64,000 nucleotides of DNA from assembly GCF_902713615.1 (NCBI RefSeq), contig NC_052152.1, positions 37,795,810 through 37,859,809 on the forward strand, written 5' to 3'. Numbering within the stretch: position 1 is the first letter of the stretch; each line of letters begins with the position of its first letter. Position numbers and translations under genes: made by a program. The notes under the pieces were generated by a model, which was not told where the DNA came from, made no database searches, and worked only from the letters and a program-made list of their open reading frames with translations. The DNA is from Scyliorhinus canicula (taxonomy: Eukaryota). Positions 23,685-36,514 of the stretch are shown here, piece after piece.

Positions 23685-23992
23685 CGTGCGGTAGCACAAT
23701 GGTTAGCACTGTTGCTTCACAACGCCAGGGTCCTAGGTTCGATTCCCGGCTTGGGTCACTCTCTGTGCAGAGTCTGTACGTTCTTCCCATGTCTGCGTGG
23801 GTTTCCTCCGGGTTCTCCGGTTAAATCCCACAAGTCCCGAAAGACGTGCTTGCTAGGTGAACTGGACATTCTGAATTCTCCCTCAGTGTACCCGAACAGG
23901 CGCCGGAGTGTGGCGACTAGGGAACTTTCACAGTAACTTTATTGCAGTGTTAATGTAAGCCTACTTGTGACGCTAATAAAGATTATTATTAT
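23685..23992 (+). mobile_element. tRNA-derived SINE with V-like core and the 'cacagtaact..attgcagtgttaatgtaagcctac' tail
   Basis: tRNA head ggttcgattccc; tail ends aataaagattattattat. Confidence 0.75.
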
Positions 23993-24786
23993 AAACCACA
24001 TCTCACTTTATAGATTCAATATGTCTTTTGCTAGAACAGGATAACAAACTACCCTCACCCTCATGCTCAAATATCATACACCCTTGTCAGGAGAAAAAAA
24101 CAACAACATGAGATCAACAGCATAATCACAAGGGAATAAAGTCCAGGATTGTTGATGAACTGCAGGATAACAGCACCATCTATGTCACGTTTAAAGGCCA
24201 AGGCCATGACAGGGTTGTCAAACAACATTCAGGAGCTCTCAAAAATTCCATCAAAGTGCCTTCACCTCGGCACGCTGTCACCCTGATGCCCACGCCACTC
24301 GGCCCCATGCCTCGAAGACCAGATACAATGAACTCCTTTGAACCTTCTCTCAAGAATACTTCAAAGTTCATTAAGTGAGCACCAAAAGTCTGCAACACTG
24401 AGCCCAGAACATCATCCCGATGCGTACAGCACAGCTAACTCACAGGCCCATCACCAGCAAATCCGGCATTGCAAGCTGGGCCCCAGCCCCAGTCAATCAA
24501 ACAAGGATTCTCTCTGATTCAACTCAGTTTTTCACCACCAAACTCCAGCCAGAATCAGGGAACTTGATACCATCCAGGACAAAGCAGCCTGCTTGATTGG
24601 CACCACAGGGACTGCAGCGGTTCAAGAATGCAAATAATGCAGCTCCACACTATCCTTTCAAGGGCAATTAGGGACGGGCAATAAATGCTGGTCACTCCCA
24701 TAGCCTGTAAATTATTTTTTTTAAGCCTGTGAAATAATTTGGTGTTAATTTGGGGCTTGTGGTTGAGATGGCAGAATTAACTAGAG

Positions 24787-25378
24787 CAGTGTTCTTCAAA
24801 CCTTTTTTCCGGGGACCCATCTTTACCAACCGGCCAACCTTCGGGACCCAACCCGGCCGACCTTCGTGACCCACGCCGGCCGACCTGCACGATCCACCAT
24901 TTTCTCTTACCTTGTTTGCTGCTGGCAAAAATGGAGGAAACGGTTTTGGGTCCCTATGACGCTCGTACACGCTCCTCCAATGGAACCTGTTGGATGAAGG
25001 CGAAGCCATCCAGTGTCGGAAAGTATGGAGTCTCCAACTGTCCAAATTGCTGCACTTTTTTCCTGTAACATTTTATCAAATACAACCCCCCCGAACTTGT
25101 AAAACTAAAATAAAATGAATAAAATAAAAGAAAAAAAGAAAAATTAATGAATAAAATAAATGAATAAAACCCCCCCGAACTTGTAAAACAAAATGCTGCA
25201 ACCATTTTTTTAAAAGGCGGCCGCATGGCGCATGCGTGCCCGATCATCGGTGTGCATGCGCATATTTTTGCGCATGCGCGCCAATGATCTGGCATGCATG
25301 CGCAGTGCGGCCGCATTATTTTTACATGTTCACGGCCATTTTGAAGGCCGCTTGCAGCCCCGAGTTTGACAGTGCCTG
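24787..25378. mobile_element. Non-autonomous hAT (Charlie-like) DNA transposon
   Basis: Perfect 8-bp TSD AACTAGAG (24779-24786 / 25379-25386). Termini CAGTG.../...CCTG with imperfect TIRs. Confidence 0.85.
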
Positions 25379-26767
25379 AACTAGAGTGTTAATGTTGAAC
25401 CTTGGCAAGCAGGCAGTCTTCATAGAAACGTAGAATAACTACAGTGCAGAAGGAGGCCATTCGGCTCATCGAAAGGAGCAGGGAGGGGGGAGGTTTCAGG
25501 CCTCACAAAAGGAAAGGGTCGGGGGCGCATTCAGACCTCAGGAAAGGGGTAGGGTGGGGTTCGGACTTCAGGAAAGGAGCAGGGAGAGGGTGGTTTAGGC
25601 CTCAAACGGTTGATGAGTGTGTGAGGATGAGTTTGTGTGTGTGTGTGTGTGAGGATAAGACATAGGAGCAGAAATAGCCACTTGGCCCAACAAGTCTGCT
25701 CCGCCATTCAATCATGGCTGATATTTTCTAATCCCCATTCTCCTGCCTTCTCCCCATAACCCCAATCCCCTTATTAATCAAGAACCTATCCAGCTCTGTC
25801 TTAAAGAAACTCAGTGATTTGGCCCCACAGCCTTCTGCGGCAAAGAGTTCCACAGATTCACCACTCTCTGGCTGAAAAAATTCCTCCTCATCTGTCTTTT
25901 AAAGGATCGTCCCTTCAGTCTGAGGTTGTGCCCTCTGGTTCAAGTTTTTCCTGCTCGTGGAAACATCCTCTCCAAGTCCACTCTATCCAGACCTCGCAGC
26001 ATCCTGTAAGTTTCAATAAGATCCCCCCTCATCCTCCTAAACTCCAACGTGTACAGACCCAGAGTCCTCAACCCCATCTAATATAATAAGTTCTTCATTC
26101 CTCCTCTTGACCCTTTCCAAGGCCAGCACATCCTTCCTTAAATCCGGGCCCAAAACTGCTCACAATACTCCAAATGGGTCTGACCAGAGCCTTATACAGC
26201 CGTTTAGAAGTACACCCATGCTCTTGTATTCTAGCCCTCTCTACATGAATGCTAACATTGCATTTACCTTCCTAACTGCTGACTGAACCTGCATGTTAAC
26301 CTTAGTGAAAATCTTGAACAAGGATTCCTAAGTCCCTTTGTGCTTCTAGTTTCCTAAGCATTTCCCCATTTAGAAAAGTCTATGCCTCCATTCCTCCTTC
26401 CAAAGTGCAAAACCTCAGACTTTCCCACATTGTATTCCATCTGCCACTAATGTGACCATCAATTCACTCGAGACACGAGAGGAAGTAAACTGTGGCTTTA
26501 ATAGACTTACAACTGAGCCTGCCTGCGACCAGAAGAACTGAGGGCAGACTCACAAGACCGCACTTTATACTTCCGGTAGCGGGAGGGGCCATGGGCGGAG
26601 CCAAGGGTGGAGCCCTGTACAAGCTCCTTATCTCCCCCTGTGGGCAGAGCCGCGCAGCGGCTCACAGACAGAACCCACAAGGACACAATGATACATAGTG
26701 TGAATTAAGCATTATACATTCACCCCCTGTAAAAAAATCAAGTCCGGCGGGGGTGACGGGTCTACAT

Positions 26768-29700
26768 GATTGAGCTGGTCCGGTGGCCGTGTCATCCGCT
26801 GGGATCAGCGGAGCACTGGGGTTGTAGCCGCTTTGGATGGCTGTGTGCTGACGGGCGGTATGGATTTGAGGGTGGACTCCGGGGGGTGGTTCGTTCAGAG
26901 CTTCGTTCCTGACCGGTGCGACAGGCGAAGGGGGGCGTAGGAAACCTGTAGGTGTGGGGGCGCAAGGTGTGGGGGGTCGGGTGGGGTGTAGTGTGAGGGG
27001 TACCTCGGCGGTGGTGATGGTGGTGGATTCTGCAGGCGCCAGGTCCCGGAGGGAAATGGTGTCCTGACGGCCGTCGGGGTGTTCTATAAAGGCGTAGTGT
27101 GGGTTTGAGTGTAGCAGTAGTACCCTTTCTACTAGTGGGTCCGTTTTATGTGTCCGGACATGCTTCTGGAGGAGAACCGGACCCGGTGTCCTCAACCAAG
27201 ATGGGAGCGAAGCCCCCATGGTAGTGCCCCTAGGGAAAACAAATAATCGATCATGAGGGGTCTGATTAGTGGCCGTACACAGGATGGACCTAATTGGATG
27301 GAGGGCGTCGGGGAGGACCTCCTGCCAGTGGGAGGTCGGGAGATTCCTGGACCGGAGGGTCAGTAGGATGGTCTTCCTGACCGTTGCGTTCTCCCTCTCC
27401 ACCTGCCCGTTCCCCCTGGGGTTATAGCTGGTAGTCCTGCTCGAGGCGATGCCCTTGTCGAGCAGGTACTGACGCAGCTCGTCGCTCATGAAGGACGAAC
27501 CTCTGTCGCTGTGGACGTAGCTGGGGAAACCAAACAGGGTGAAGACACTGTGCAGGGCTCTGATGACTGTATGGGAGGTCATATCGGGGCATGGGATAGC
27601 AAACGGAAAACGGGAGAATTTGTCTGTGACGTTGAGGAAGTACACATTTCGATTGGTCGAGGGGAGGGGCCCTTTGAAATCGATGCTCAGGCATTCAAAG
27701 GGCCGGGAAGCCTTTACCAGGTGGGCCTTGTCTGGTCTACAGATGTGCGGTTTACACTCCGCGCAGATCGGGCAATCCCTGGTGTTGGCTTTTACCTCCT
27801 CGGTGGAGAAAGGCAGATTTCGGGCTTTGATGTAGTGGGCGGGCCGGGTGACCCCCGGGTGGCAGAGGTCATTGTGGTTGGCCTGTAATCGGTCGTCTTG
27901 CGCGCTGGCGCATGTGCCGTGGGACAGAGCATCTGGGGGCTCATTGAGCTTCCCCGGCCGATATATGATGTCATAATTATAGGTGGAGAGTTTGATCCTC
28001 CACCTCAAGATTTTATCATTTTTTATTTTGCCCCATTGTGAGTTGTCGAACATGAAGGCAACCGATCTCTGGTCGGTGATGAGGGTGAACCTCCTACCTG
28101 CGAGGTAGTGCCTCCAGTGCCATACGGCTTCCACAATGGCTTGAGCTTCTTTTTCGACTGAGGAGTGTCGAAGTTCTGAAGCGGAGAGGGTTCGGGAGAA
28201 GAAAGCTACTGGTCTCCCTGCCTGGTTCAGAGTGGCAGCAAGAGCGACCTCAGAGGCGTCGCTCTCCACCTGAAAGGGGACGGATTCATCCACCGCCCGC
28301 ATGGCGGCTTTGGCGATGTCCTCCTTGATGCAGTTGAAGGCCTGGCGGGCCTCGGCTGACAGTGGGAAGAGTGTGGTCTTAAATAGTGGGCGGGCTTTGT
28401 CCGCATACTGCGGGACCCACTGCGTGTAATAGGAGGAAAATCCAAGGCACCTCTTGAGGGCCCTGGAACAATGAGGGAGAGGGACACATGTCCGCGTCAG
28501 GCCCCAGAACCCCGTTTTCCATGACATAGCCGAGGATGGCTAGTCTGGTTGTGCAGAAAAAGCATTTCTCCTTATTGTATGTGAGATTGAGTTTCTGGGC
28601 GGTTTGGAGAAATCAGTGGAGGTTGGCGTCGTGGTCCTGCTGGTCATGGCCGCAGATGGATATCCAAATACGGAAACGTGGCCCGCAGCCCGTACTGGTC
28701 CACCATTCGGTCCATTGCTCGTTGGAACACCGAAACCCCATTTGTGACGCCAAAGGGAACCCGGAGGAAATGGCAGAGGCGACCATCTGCCTCGAACGCC
28801 GTGTAGTGGCGGTCCTCTGGGTGGATTGGGAGCTGGTGGTATGCAGACTTCAGGGGCGGCATTCTCCCCTACCCGGCGTGACGGAGGGTGCCGGCGTAGG
28901 GGAGTAGTGCCAACCACTCAGGGGTCGGGCCTCCCCAAAGGTGGGGAATTCTTCCCACCTTTGGGGGCCAGCCCCACGCCGGAGCGGTTTGCACCAGAAG
29001 ACTGGCGCTAAAAGTCGGCGCCCCCGGCAGCGGGGCTGGCCGAAAGGCTTTCGCCAGTCGGCGCATGCGCCGACAGTGACGTCAGCAGCTGCTGGCTGCT
29101 GACATCACTGCCGGCGCATGCGTGATGTGGGGTTCTCTTCCGCTTCCTGCCATGGCGGAGGCCGTGGCGGACACGGAGGATAATAGTGCACCCAGGGCAT
29201 TGGCCCGGAGTCTGAGCGGGCCAGGCCACCGTGGGGGCACCCCCCAGGGTTCGATCGCCCCCCGCCCCCCCAGGACCCCGGGGGCCTGCTCGCGCCGCTG
29301 ATCCCGCCGTTCCAGAGGTGGTTTAAACCTCGGCGGCGGGAGAGGCCTCCCAGCGGCGGGACTTCGGCCCAATCGGGCCGGAGAATCACCGCAGGGGCCT
29401 CTCCGATCGGAGTGGCGAGATTCTGCTGCCGCCACTTCCCAGGTGGCGGAGATTCTCTGCCACGGCGGGGGCAGGATTTTAGGCGGCCCCAGGCGATTCT
29501 CCGACCCTGCTGGGGGTCGGAGAATTTCGCCCCAGATCCACCGTGGAGAAGATGCGGTACTGGGCGATCTGGTTGACCATGTCTGCAATTCGGGGAGGGG
29601 GGTACGCATCAAGGTGCGTGAACCGGTTAATGGTCTGGCTGTAATCAACCGCCATCCGGAACTTTTCCCCGGTCTTGACGGCCACCACCTGAGCTCTCCA

Positions 29701-31383
29701 GGGGCCATTACTGGCCTCTATGACTCCCTCACCAAGGAGCCGCTGGACTTCGGCTCTGATAAATACCCTGTCCTGCAGGCTATACCACCTGCTGCGAGTG
29801 GCTATGGGTTTGCAGTTAGCAGTGAGATTAGTGAAGAGTGGAGGGGGGTCGATGTTTAGAGTCGCTAAGCTGCATATAGTGAGAGGGGGTAGGGGTCCAC
29901 CGAAGCTGAGTGTGAGGCTTCTAAGATTGTATTGAAAATCGAGCCCAAGTAGGAGGGGGACGCAGAGGTCTGGGAGTACTTACAGCTGGAAATTAGAGTA
30001 GCTGGCGCCCTGTATTGTTAATGTCGCAACGGTGCGCCCTTGTATTTGAACCGAGTGCGAACCCGAGGCGAGGGAGATCGTTTGCCGTGCTGGGAAGATA
30101 GGGAGCGAACAGCATCTTACCAGGTCTGGATGAACGAAGCTCTCGGTGCTCCCGGAGTCGAAGAGGCACGGTGTCTTGTATCCGTTGACCTGAACAGACA
30201 TCATTGAGCTCCTGATGTGCTCTGGCCGCGACTGGTCCAAAGTGACTGCGTTGAGTTGCGGGTAGTCGGTGGCTTGATCAGCAGTGCTGGAGTGGCCCTG
30301 TGATGACTGTCCGCGGATGTCGTAGTCGTCGAGATGAACATCGGGTGATGGCCAAGATGGCGCCACCCGTTGATTGCACGTGGCGGGCGATGAACAAGAT
30401 TGCGTCCAAGATGGCGGTCCCCGTTGATCGCACGTGGCGGGCGGTGAGGAAGATGGCGCCCAAGATGGCGGCCCCCATGACTCGCACATGGCCGGCCGCG
30501 TGGGGGAGGATTACCAAGATGGCGGCCCCCATGAGTCGCACATGTCGGGCAGAGTCGGCAGACACGCTGCAACATTGCGGGGTCTGCGGGCCTGCGAGTT
30601 GGGGGAGCAATTGCTCTGGACAGCTGGAGAGTTAGAGGGTTTAGATCTAGACAAGCATACCTTAGCAAAATGTCCTTTTCGACCGCAGCTGCTGCAGGTC
30701 GCGTTGCGGGCCGGACAGTGCTGCCGTGGGTGTTGGGGCTGACCGCAGAAATGGTACGATGGCACTCCATAGTGGGCGGGTGGCCGCGCGGCGCAGGCCT
30801 GGAGCAGTCTCTGGTCGGGGGTCCACGATGGGGTCGCGTGGTCAGCGGGGAACAAGTTCAAACTTTGAAACGCAACCTCCAGTGAGGTTGCTAGCATTAC
30901 AGTGTCTTCCAAGTTCTGGGCCCCTTTTTCGAGGAGACACTGGCGCACGTAGTTAGACCGGACCCCTGCAACATACACATCACGGACACCGAGTTCCATA
31001 TGCTGGGAGGCAGTTACAGCCTGAAAGTTACATTCCCGTGCAAGAGCTATTAGATCGCGCAGGTAGTCCTCTAGCGACTCTGCGGGGCGCTGGCGGCGGG
31101 TAGTGAAAACATGCCGTGCGTAAACTTCATTTACAGGCCGCATGTATAGTCGGTCGAGTATAGCGAGGGCTTCGGTGTACGAGTCGGTACTATCGAGTTG
31201 CGTAGAGATGCGATGGCTCACCCGTGCGTGCAGGAGACTGGGTTTCTGCTCTTCAGTAGTAGCGGAGGTAGTCGACGCAGCCAGGTAGGCCTTGAAGCAC
31301 CGAAGCCAGTGTAGAAAGATTTCCTTCGCTTCTGCGGCCTGCAGGTCGAGTTCTAGTTGATCAGGTTTGAGGGCTGATTCCAT
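26768..31383 (-). pseudogene. gag-pol of element B (disrupted)
   Basis: Gag MESALKPDQLELD (open 290 aa) with CCHC knuckles. Protease LFDSGST. RT broken by a MITE. RH-IN open over ~600 aa (ESDASE, DFKGP, HSDRGS, NGQVER). Confidence 0.93.
28854..29532. mobile_element. PIF/Harbinger-like MITE
   Basis: TIR GGGCGGCATTCTCC / GGAGAATTTCGCCC, 3-bp TSD CAG. Removing it restores RT FSTVDLKSAYHQ. Confidence 0.85.
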
Positions 31384-32197
31384 AGTGGTTTTTTAAGTCT
31401 ATTAAATTGATGTGACCATCAATTCACTCGAGACATGAGAGGAAGTAAACTGTGGCTTTAATAGACTTACAACTGAGCCTGCCTGCGACCAGAAGAACTG
31501 AGGGCAGAATCACAAGACCGCAGCGCTTTATACTTCCGGTAGTGGGAGGGGCCATGGGCAGAGCCAAGGGTGGAGCCCTGTACAAGCTCCTCATCTCCCC
31601 CTGTGGGCAGAGCCGTGCAACAGCTCACAGACAGAGCCCACAAGGATACATAGTGTGAATTATACATTATACATTCACCACAGCCACTTCTTTGCCCACT
31701 CTCCTAGCCTGCCCAAGCCATTCTGCAGCCTCCCTGCTTCCTCAATATTCCCTGTCTCTTTGCATATCTTTGCATCATCTGCAAACTTAGCAACAATGCC
31801 CTCAGTTACATCTTCCAGATCGTCAATGTACATTGTGAAAAGTTGTGGTTCCAGCACCGACCCCTGAGGCTCACCACTAGTCACCGCTGCCATCTTGAAA
31901 AAGACTTCTTGATGCCCACTCTCAGCCTTTTGCCAGTCAGCCAATCCTCTATCCATGCTAGTATCTTACCCTTAACACCGTGGGCTCTTAACTTATTTAA
32001 CAGCCTTCTATGCGGCACCTTGTCAAAGGCCTTCTGGAAATATAAATGAATCACGTCCACTGGTTCCCCTTTGTCTCACTTGCTTGTTACCTCCTCAAAT
32101 CACACTAACAGATTTGTCAGACATGACCTCCCCTTGACGAAGCCATGCGGTCTCAGTCCTATTTTATCATGCACTTCCAAGTACTCCACAATCTCAT

Positions 32198-32426
32198 TTT
32201 CTTTTTTTTTAAATTTAGATTAGCCAATTATTATTTCTAATTAAGGGGCAATTTAGCGTGGCCAATCCACCTACTCTGCACATTTTTGGGTTGTGGGGGC
32301 GAAACCCACGCAGACACGGGGAGAATGTGCAAACTCCACACGGACAGTGACCCAGAGCTGGGATCGAACCTGGGACCTCAGCGCCGTGAGGCGGTTGTGC
32401 TAACCACTAGGCCACCGTGCTGCCCT
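32198..32426 (-). mobile_element. V-SINE copy in CR1
   Basis: Full head-core-tail; TSD caatctcatttt. Confidence 0.88.
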
Positions 32427-33540
32427 GCAATCTCATTTTCAATAATGGACTCTAAAATCTTACCACTGACCAAAGTCAGGCTAATCGGCCTATAATTTTC
32501 CATCTTCTGCCTCCCTCCCTTCTTAAGCAGGGGTGTTACATTAGCCACTTTCCAGTCCTTTGGGATCCTCCCTGCCTCCAGTGATTCCTGAAAGATCACC
32601 ACCAATGCCTCCACAATTCCACAATTTCCTTAGCTCTCTCCTTTATAACCCTGAGGTGTAGTCCATCCGGTCCAGGTGATTTATCCATCTTCAGACCTTT
32701 CAGTTTCCCCAGAACCTTCTCCTTAGTGATGGCCACTACACTCACCTCTGCCCCCTGATTCTCCTGGAGCTCTGGTATCCCACTGGTGTCTTCCACTGTG
32801 AAGACTGATGCAAAGTAATTATTCAGTTCCTCTGCCATTTCTTTGTTTCCTATTACCACTTCTCCAGCCTCATTTTCCAGTGGTCCAATGTCTATTCTTG
32901 CCTCTCTCTTACCTTTCATATGTTGAAAAAAACTCTACCTATCGTTTTTTTATATTACTTGCTAGCTTACACTCATATTTAATCTTTTCCCCCCCTTATT
33001 GCTTTTTTAGTTGTCCTCTGCTCACTTTTAAAGGCTACACACTAATCCTTGCCACTTTGTATGCTTTTTCTTTTGCTTTTATGCTGTCCTTGACTTTCCT
33101 TGTCAGCCATGGATGCCTCATCCTCCTCTTAGCATGATTCCTCCTCCTTGGGATGAATTTCTGTTATGCCTCCCTAATAACCCCCAAAAACTGCCATTGC
33201 TGTTCCACTGTCTTCCCTGCTAGGCTCCTTTTCCAATCAACTCTGGCCAGCTCCTCCCTCATGTCTTTGTATTTACCTGTATTTAATTGTAATACCGTTA
33301 CACCTGATTCCAGCTTCTCTCAAACTGCAGGGTAGATTCTATCATATTGTGGTCACTGCTCCCTAAGGGTTCCTTCACCTTAAGTTCACTAATCAAGTCT
33401 GCCTCATTACACATCACCAAATCCAGAACTGCCTGTTCCCCAGTAGGCTCTGTCACGAGCTGCTCCAAAAAAACATCTCTTGCGCATTCCAGAAATTCCT
33501 TTTCTTGGAACTTGATTTTTCCAGTCCACTTCTATATTGA

Positions 33541-33718
33541 AAATGAAAATCGCTTATTGTCACGAGTAGGCTTCAATGAAGTTACTGTGAAAAGCCCCTA
33601 GTCGCCACATTCCGGCGCCTGTCCGGGGAAGCTGGTACGGGAATCGAACCGTGCTGCTGGCCTGCTTGGTCTGCTTTAAAAGCCAGCGATTTAGCCCAGT
33701 GAGCTAAACCAGCCCCTA
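33541..33718 (-). mobile_element. Short tRNA-derived SINE (different head, shared tail with 23685-23992)
   Basis: On -: ggggctggtttagctcactggg...ggttcgattccc...gactaggggcttttcacagtaacttcattgaagcctac. A related copy is at 53282-53457. Confidence 0.8.
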
Positions 33719-34152
33719 TTGATGCCCCCCATGATTATTATAATACTTCCTTTCTTATATGCCTTTTCTATCTCCTGATTTATTTTCTGTCCCACATCCT
33801 GACTACTGCGGGAGGGCCTGTACATAACTCCCATCAGGGTCTTTTTCACCTTTGCAATTCCTCAACTCTACCCACACAGATTCTATGCCTTCTGATTCTA
33901 TATCACATCTTGCTATTGATTTAACTTCATTCCTTACTGACAATGCAACCTCGCCCCCTTTGCCCGTCTGCCTATCCTTTCAATAAGACACACATCCTTG
34001 GTTATTTACATCCCAGCCCTGATCCCCTTGCAGCCACATTGCTGTGATGCCCATAACATTGTACCGGCCAATTTTGATGTGCACAACAAGCTCATTTACT
34101 TTGTTCCATAGACTGCACGCATTTAGATACAACACCCTCAGTCCTGCATTGA

Positions 34153-34445
34153 AGAGTGTGTGTGAGGGTGAGTGTGTGTGAGGATGAGTGTATGTCTGTG
34201 TGTGAGGATGAGTGTGTACGTGTGTGTGAGGATGTGTGTATGTGTGTGTGAGGGTGAGTGTGTTGGTGAGAGAGTGGTGAGTGTGTGAGAGATAGGGATA
34301 TATGTGAGGATTGTGTGAGGGTGTGTGTGCTTGAGTATGAGTGTGTGTGAGGATAACTGTGTGTGACAGAGGAGTGAGTGAGAGGTGTGTGACTGAGAGA
34401 GAAACATGAGTGTGTATGAGGGAGTGAGGGGGAGGTGTGTGTGTC
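34153..34445. repeat. Degenerate TG-rich microsatellite ((GT)nGAGGATGA-like)
   Basis: Low-complexity TG/GA tract. A similar tract at 25612-25654 flanks the other CR1 end. Confidence 0.85.
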
Positions 34446-35794
34446 CAATATGAGAATCAACTTTCAAGCATCATTCCTCCCATGTATGTGTCTGCCATGT
34501 GTGTGGTTGGGTAGAGGGTGGGGTGATAAAAGGGGAGGGGAGAAGTAGATCATCTAACCTGTGTTTCATTGCAGTTATTGCATATTTCAACTTTGTTCTT
34601 GTTTTAAATAAACAGCTATTGAGTTCAACTTTCAAACCTGGTGGCTATAACTTATTGAGCAGTCAAGGGGTAAAGAATCTGCACATTTTAGACAAATTAT
34701 TGGTTAATTCACTTGTGTTGGGACTCCAGGGCCTGTGAGGCTGGAATCAACCTCGCACTAGCCAAGGGTGTTGTAACAGATGCCTGACTGATTCCATGGA
34801 TTGTTATATGTGTGAGGTCATGACATTCAGGTAGAACTACAATCACTCGGCCTTTAGTAGAATATCTGTGATACCCAAGAGGACTATTTGTTCTCATACT
34901 CTAAGACCATGGATCCTGCACATGGAATGAGTGAACTGTTGTATGCTCAAGGTTTCACAGTGGTAGGTTTCACCATGGCCTTCCATGCTTGTGGATGATG
35001 TGGAGATGCCGGCGTTGGACTGGGGTGAGCACAGTAAGAAGTCTTACAACACCAGGTTAAAGTCCAACAGGACAGAATTTGCAGGGGTAGGATGTTGGCA
35101 CTTGCCCCTGCATCAATCTTGGACAATAAGTAAGTTACCAAAGTTCTTAGAGCAGATAATTGAAATCTTGGCAAACACCTTGGATGGTGTGATGGTATCT
35201 ACAATTTCCACAAGATTGCCAGTGTGATACATGTGTTCACCACTCTTCGTTTCATTGTGCACATCATTGTCATTTTCTGATTTGGGAATCGCCTTGTGTA
35301 TGCATGTGTGCTTTTTCAAAGCTCTGCCCACGAAGACGGGTTGTAGTGAGAATGTACCAAGGAGTAATGCCATCTTTGATTTTTGTTCAATTTACTATTC
35401 AGCATCTCCCTGTTATAATCAAAACCTTCTCTAGCCTGATTTTTATGACTTTTTTGTCTGAGTTTTACTTTCTCACGATCGATCCAGCCCACACCCTGGT
35501 CACCTGCTTTTCTCAACTAAGCTAACCGGTGCTGGTCCTCTTTATGCTCTGTCCCACTCACAGAACTGAAAGACTATATGCTGCAATCTTACCATGAGGG
35601 CTATGTCTACTTACAAGCTCTTTACCTGAGCACTAGTGTTATATCCCACATGGGTTTTATGAGGTAGGGATGATTAACTACCCCGTGGATCTTGCAGAAT
35701 GCAAGCTCCTCTGATAAGGCAGTGGGAACCCTTAACAATATTTGGCTTTAAAATTATAAATGCTTCAATAAAATGTTTTCTAAAAAAAAACAAT

Positions 35795-36514
35795 GGGCGA
35801 GATTCTCCCAAAACGGGAGAAATCGTAAAGCTGCCGTCAAACCCGGGCGGGTTTTACGGCAGCGCGCCCCTTCCCGACCGGGGACCGATTCTGGTCCCCG
35901 GTCGGGGCTAGCAGCCCGACGCCGTAGGCTCCGGCAAGACGGGCTTAACGAAAATCGTTAAGCCCGCTTGCCGGAGTTAGCGCTGGCTGACGCGTCATAT
36001 GACGTCAGCCGCGCATGCGCAGTTTGGAAGACTCCAACCCGCGCATGCGCGGGTGACGTCATCGCGTTTTTGCGCGAAACTCGCGCATGCGCGGGCCGGG
36101 TTGCCCCTCAGCCGCCCCGCGAATGGATACTGCGGGGCGGCGGAAGGACAAGTAGTGCGCGGGCATTGGGCCCGCTGCCCGCGATCGGTGCCCACCGATC
36201 GCGGGCCCATGGCACCCTTGGTACGGCCGTGCCAATCGGTGCCATGGTTATTAATAGCGAGTTTGTGACGCCGGTTTTACGAACGGCAAGACCAGGTGTG
36301 TTTGCCGTTCGTAAAACGGCGGAAAGGGCTGGGACTTCGGCCCATCTAACAGCTGAGAATCGCTGCCGGACCGTAAAAAAACGGCGGCAGCGATTCGGGT
36401 CGGGACTTCGGCGGGGGGGGGGGGGGGGGGGAGAATAGCGGGAGGGCGGCAAAATGTCGGGAAGGCCCTCCCGCTATTCTCCCACCCGTCGTGGGGGGGC
36501 GGAGAATTTCGCCC
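35795..36514. mobile_element. PIF/Harbinger-like MITE
   Basis: TIR GGGCGAGATTCTCC / GGAGAATTTCGCCC, 3-bp TSD AAT, CpG-rich body. Confidence 0.85.

Larger units (their letters stand above)
26448..31682 (-). mobile_element. Full-length Ty3/gypsy LTR retrotransposon (element B)
   Basis: TSD GCCAC (26443-26447 / 31683-31687). 5' LTR 31408-31682, 3' LTR 26448-~26718. PPT on - strand at 26719-26730. Confidence 0.96.
25655..34152 (-). mobile_element. CR1 (HER1-like) LINE, split by gypsy element B and two SINEs
   Basis: RT motifs GEPQGSVLEPQLFTMYIDDL, KFADDAK, NYRPISLT, DKSPGPDG. Sequence is continuous across TSD GCCAC at 26443/31683. Confidence 0.9.

Noticed and set aside
17480-24560. Sequence hosting element A (17480-18388 and 23279-24560) as a decayed L1-like element
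   Set aside because: Composition is suggestive, but I could not read a diagnostic motif; left unannotated.
34092-34467. His/Thr-rich ORFs
   Set aside because: Translation of a TG microsatellite.
35795-36514. GC-rich island as horizontal transfer, contamination or a gene promoter (also 28854-29532)
   Set aside because: Bounded by TIRs and 3-bp TSDs. These are MITEs, and their many short ORFs reflect GC content.
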